From Chrysomallon squamiferum (lineage: Eukaryota > Animalia > Mollusca), in contig CM022670.1 of NCBI GenBank assembly GCA_012295275.1, positions 29,264,001 through 29,328,000 on the forward strand: 64,000 nt of DNA, read 5' to 3'. The position numbers were made by a program, and so were the translations under genes. How positions within the stretch are numbered: the first letter of the stretch is position 1; each line of letters starts with the position of its first letter. This document shows, piece after piece, positions 59,064 through 64,000 of this stretch. The notes under the pieces are model-generated. The model worked only from the letters and a program-made list of their open reading frames with translations, searched no databases and was not told where the DNA came from.

Positions 59064-61372
59064 GAATGAGACTTCACAATGGTCTCTGGCCTTGGTGACA
59101 GTCGCATGCACCAGTCTGTGGTCCGAGGGCAAATTCACCGTTGTCTTGTAAATCAGAGCGCTTCTGTGCGTATTGTCACAATAAATGTAGACGGTTGGAA
59201 AGGGCAATGTGAATGCAGCCAAAAATCACGAAATCGGGCTTTTCCACTAACCGATCACATCACATTAAGCATGATAACTAATTTAAATTTTTAAATTATT
59301 AATAATATTATTTTCAATTTTGATAAAAAAAAATAAAAAAAAATTTTCTGAGATTTTGTTAATAAAAAAATAAAAATTTTACTTTCAGAGATTATTATTA
59401 GTTTGTAGTTAACAAACTTTGCTAAAAATAAATTGCAATAGTATAACGTATATTAATGCAAAAAATGCTTAGGCCCTAAATACTTTAAGTTTTATTTATT
59501 TTTTGACAAAAGGTATAATGTAATCAACGTGTATTTCATATATAATACTTTTAATAGTGTACTATAATTTTACTAAGCTGTATTGCAGTGTTAATAACTA
59601 CCAATGCTTAAATCATATTTCCAAATAATTTATTTTTTTAAATTTAATTTTAAAACAAATCATAGAAACAACGAAGTTTAATATGTTGGTCATTATTTAT
59701 TATTATGTTTTCATTTTGAGAGTTACTCAACTTTATGAAAATCAGTAATATTTATATAATGGAAATTATAAGAAGTAAGAGATGTATGGTAGTTGATAAC
59801 AAATACCCACACACTCTTTAAAATAAAAATAAATAAATAAATGCATTGTATATGAAAGGGAAGAACATTTTACCTTGGATGTTTCCTTGAATGAATTTAT
59901 GATCGATATAAAGTTTTGTAGAAAAACATTTTAATGTTAGTGTAATGAAAATGTTAAGCAGATTTGCTTCATCCTAATTATATTATTTCTTCATTACCAA
60001 AGAAATAAAAAGAATCAACATCTTTTTGTGTAGCTTTGAAATCTTTCATTTCTTCTGTTTTGTTTGCTTACAGATAAGAAAAGAATTACAGGTGCAACCC
60101 ATATTTTGTTCCCTCTTCTATTTTGCATACCGTAGATTCTTTTACACATAAAATGGTTTACTTATTCAGTACTTTTGTTGTTATCTTTAAGATTGCTTTA
60201 ATAAGATTAGATTACAAAAAAACACTTTTAAGAATCATTTAGATTTTTTTTCAACATTGCTGGTTAATAGAGCCAACAAGAAAACTGCAGATTTCAGTAA
60301 TGCATTGAGTTAAATAATGCAACTTTGGTGTGAACTTCATTTAATTTTGAGGATTAGCTTTGAAAATATTACACAAGTGTTGGTGACTTGATACTGACAC
60401 ATACAGATTACACTGAGATGTAGTTCACTTCATTTTAAAGATTGTACTGTTTGTTCTACATTTAGAACAACATGTCAGGAAAGCAGTAATTTAGATCACT
60501 GTTGTATGTGTGTTTATATACACACATACACAGACACTTAACAAAAAGGTTACAATTCAGTTTTATAATTACTGAAGTTTTTTGTAAAAACAGGAATTAC
60601 TATGACTGTGTAAATTGGTGTCATAATGGTTTTTTGAAAACCAGAGGAACAGGTGACAGTAATGTGTATTTATAATCTGAAAAAGCACAGATCAGTTATA
60701 TGGGAATTAATTTCACCTGCAGAATAAAATATTTCAAGAGATGTTCATTTCCATTTATCATTCTGCTGCTCTTAGAAATGATTTCATGGCATGGTCTAAA
60801 TGAAAATGAGCCTAAATAGGGTGTTTATCAGATATTTTTCATTTATCTTCATGACTATTACTGCTTTTTTTTTTTAGTCATAATGCAAACATTCATTTTG
60901 TTAATGAACAATGTTTGCAAGGGTTTCGGAAGGGAAAAAATGCAGACAAAAGGAAAATGGATTCAAAAAGCTTTATATTAATTAAAGACCTGGCTTTTCC
61001 GAATAAAGCTTTTAAAGAGTTCAAATACTGTAATGAGAGATTTTGTTATTCAGTTACTTTGTACTGCACTAGTTTGAAGTTTAACAGGCTTATAAATAAT
61101 GTATTGTATGTAAAAAGTTCAAAACTGGTGTAACATAATTATTACATATATCACTGAATAGATACATTCTTCAGGTATCCATCATATCTAGGCTTGTCTT
61201 CATTTTTTATAAAAGTAATCTTCATACAGTCATGCTACTTAAGCTTAGATAATTAATTTATTTATCTGGTAAGAAAACTGAGGTTAACTTGGCATTTGTT
61301 CACTACTTTTGAATTTTTCTTTGATGTATTACAAAAAGAAAACTGCCTGTCTGCACACAACCATTATGTTTC

Positions 61373-61377
<5 letters not shown>

Positions 61378-61426
<49 letters not shown>
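61378..61426. repeat. (TG)n microsatellite
   Basis: Perfect TG run; source of the CVCV/THTH ORFs. Confidence 0.95.
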
Positions 61427-61429
<3 letters not shown>

Positions 61430-63901
61430 TGTGATAGAAACCAACATACCTGTCCTCACTGGTATTCAGCACATTGCCTTGCCTGTCTTGGTAAATACAC
61501 ACAGGAAAATGCAGAGCAACTCCCACATGCTGTAATAGATGTATGTTTTGTGATACACTGTGAGATGAACTTTGCACCTGCACAGTGCTAAGTTACATTT
61601 ACTGTTTTCCAGTGAGAATTTTATTTTTTCAAGCAGCTCATAATTAAAATGTGAATGATATTTAATTTTGAAAAAATAAAATTAAAACAAGTTTTTAACT
61701 CTGAAATACATAGGCCTATGTAGAATGTTTCAGACTTTCAGATTTATGTGATATTTCACTGACTGGGACAAACAACAAAGTGTTTATCATTTTGTGTGTG
61801 TGAGAGAAAGAGAGACAGGTTTTTAATAACACTGATCAGACTTAGTCAGTGAATAACTAAAGTTTAAACATGACAGGATATTTAAACAGGAACATTCAGT
61901 GACTTTATTGGCCAGACACACTGTGTGTATGTCTGTGAGAGAGAGAGAAAAAGAAAGAGATTTTTACAACTTTTGTCGGATTAACAATGAAAACAAAATA
62001 TCAGAACTTGTAAACAGGAACACTGCCTTTATTGGCCGGAGACACAGGGTGCTTGTGTGTGTGTTTTGTGATACTGACTTCAGCTGTGTTTTAATACTCA
62101 CATGTTCTCTGGGGTGTTTTGTATATAATATATTATTATTTGCTGACTATTGTATCAGCATTGCAATTAGTTACCACTAGAAGTTCTGTCATCTAGACTT
62201 CATGTTATTCTTGTACTGGATCCCAGCTATGTTTTAAAATACAATTATACATACAAAAGAATGTTTAAAACTACAAGTGTAGAGGTCACACAGGATATTA
62301 TTTCCTGAACTACTTACATCAATTATATGTAAATGATTTTTTAAATGAATGTAAACAAGGAACGTTGAAGTCACAGGAAATGGAGATATTGATATTTGTT
62401 ACCCAATATTTGCAGTGAGAAGTCAAATTATAGGTTAGACCTAATTTTAGAGAAGTCACTTCTCATGAATACAGATTAATTAAAGCTGTTACAAATGTGC
62501 TGAGTAATATTGTTTAGTGTTTAATTAACCATAGAAAACATTGATAAAGCATTCCAATAGTCTGAATGCTAACAGTGTAATGCTGATATCTAACTAGAAT
62601 ATGCATGTTATAAGGATATTTAATACATGTACTAAAACTGAAAACATTTTCAAGTATTTGTTGGACTGTAAATGTTTTCATACATTAATCAAATTTAACA
62701 AAAATATATATGTATGTATATGTGTGTATATATATATTGTTTTTGTTATGTTCTTACACTATATTTTTACAAAGTATTTTTAATGATAGGTGTATGTATC
62801 TCTAGTAGTAGATAAATAATAGTGGCTGAGGTCAGAGACAAGTAACATCTTTTTAACTTCATTTATTTGTTTATTTAGTGAATGATATTGTTTGATGCTG
62901 AAACCTGTTAGCATATGGATGGATTCTTCTATTTTATACTCATTTCAATTGTTTCTCTCTTTCTCTCTCTCTCACACACACACACACACATGCTTAATAT
63001 GAATAATATAAGTGTATGTATCTGTGTATATCTTGAACCACTCTTTTATCAGAATCTTTGATTATATCAAATTTATTTAAATAAAGTTAATTGCCTCTGC
63101 AATTAATTAATGAATTAGAAAAGAAATCAACAGTTGTGGTGAATCTTTTGGCAATCTCTAGCTGTGTTGTTTCACATCAAAGGCAGTTTTGATTTGCAGG
63201 TATTTCTCAGCCTTTATGTTTTAGTGGAGCCTATTAGAGCTTTTGAAGCCATAATTGTGAGGTCCTTTGGCAAATGTGTTTTGAAAACATTTTATTTTAT
63301 GATATCAATAACGTTTGCAGAAATTCAAAGGCTATACCATATCAAAGATAGAGTTAATAATTTTTCAAAGCATGTTCCTAACTTCTTGTTACTGTTTTGA
63401 GAATAAAATAGTAAAATTGAAGTCCATAAAATCCTGTTTGTATTCTTAAATTATAACACTGAGAAATTTCAATAAAAATGGCTTTAATGAAAACAAATCA
63501 AATCATCTGAAGGTGTGAAAAGACCCATTAAATTGTTTATTTTTTATTTTTGTAAACTTTAATTGAAATATTACGGCTATAGATAAACTGGATTACACAC
63601 AATTTGATAATTGTGTATGGACATAAGAACATGTTTTCATAAAGGACCAAAAAATGTTTTCATTTAGTTGTATCCTATTGGTTTTAGCAAATAATAAATG
63701 GATTGAAACACAGTTTTAAGCTGACTTAATATAGTAAAGAATGTACACTTTTTCTTATTGAGAATTCCTTTGTAATTTTAATACTTTAATGTGAAAAAGC
63801 AAGATACTTTTTTTTTTTTTTTACTTATTTTAAAATGTAAATTATATAATTACTCTTAAATTAAATGTATTTATTATTTTCTTTTTTCAGAAGACTGCAT
63901 A

Positions 63902-64000
63902 ATGAGGCTTCGAGGAGGCCTTGATTTCCTCAGGAAGCTGGCTCTGCATTGGCTGGCCATACTGGCTATGTCCTGGACAGTGGACTCCTTCAATGCACCC
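63902..64000 (+). CDS. N-terminus of an unidentified secreted or membrane protein (continues beyond window)
   Basis: Strong acceptor tttttcag at 63890, abrupt GC rise, ATG at 63902, open frame MRLRGGLDFLRKLALHWLAILAMSWTVDSFNAP with signal-peptide character. Confidence 0.6.
   Translation, partial: MRLRGGLDFLRKLALHWLAILAMSWTVDSFNAP

Noticed and set aside
58813-59294. Three overlapping 68-82 aa ORFs
   Set aside because: No recognisable protein; better explained as GC-richer promoter/5' UTR sequence

Overview
AT-rich, intron-rich animal genomic DNA. Repeat content and microsatellites suggest a mollusc, possibly a gastropod (inference). Hand-spliced gene models: (1) the 3' two-thirds of a phosphorylase kinase alpha subunit gene (+, to 19161, ending in CAAX CVVS); (2) a complete ankyrin-repeat DHHC palmitoyltransferase (-, 29634-21910); (3) RBX1 (+, 32625-38405), with a 2.84 kb defective Sola2-type DNA transposon (about 625 bp TIRs, TCAT target duplication) in intron 4; (4) MFSD8/CLN7 (-, about 48228-40032); (5) a small EXPERA/EBP-like ER membrane protein (-, 51917-49405); (6) the first coding exon of a signal-peptide protein at the right edge. 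The main signal not visible in the ORF track is duplicated, frame-incompatible (mutually exclusive) exons in two adjacent genes. PHKA has a 145/145 nt pair. The DHHC enzyme has a 166/175 nt pair that swaps the two helices after the catalytic DHHC domain. Each pair is flanked by complementary intronic elements that could act as competing RNA pairings. PHKA also has candidate phase-1 microexons and an intronic MITE resembling mammalian Tigger4b. Most short ORFs in the supplied track are spurious. All alignments were done by eye and none were computed.
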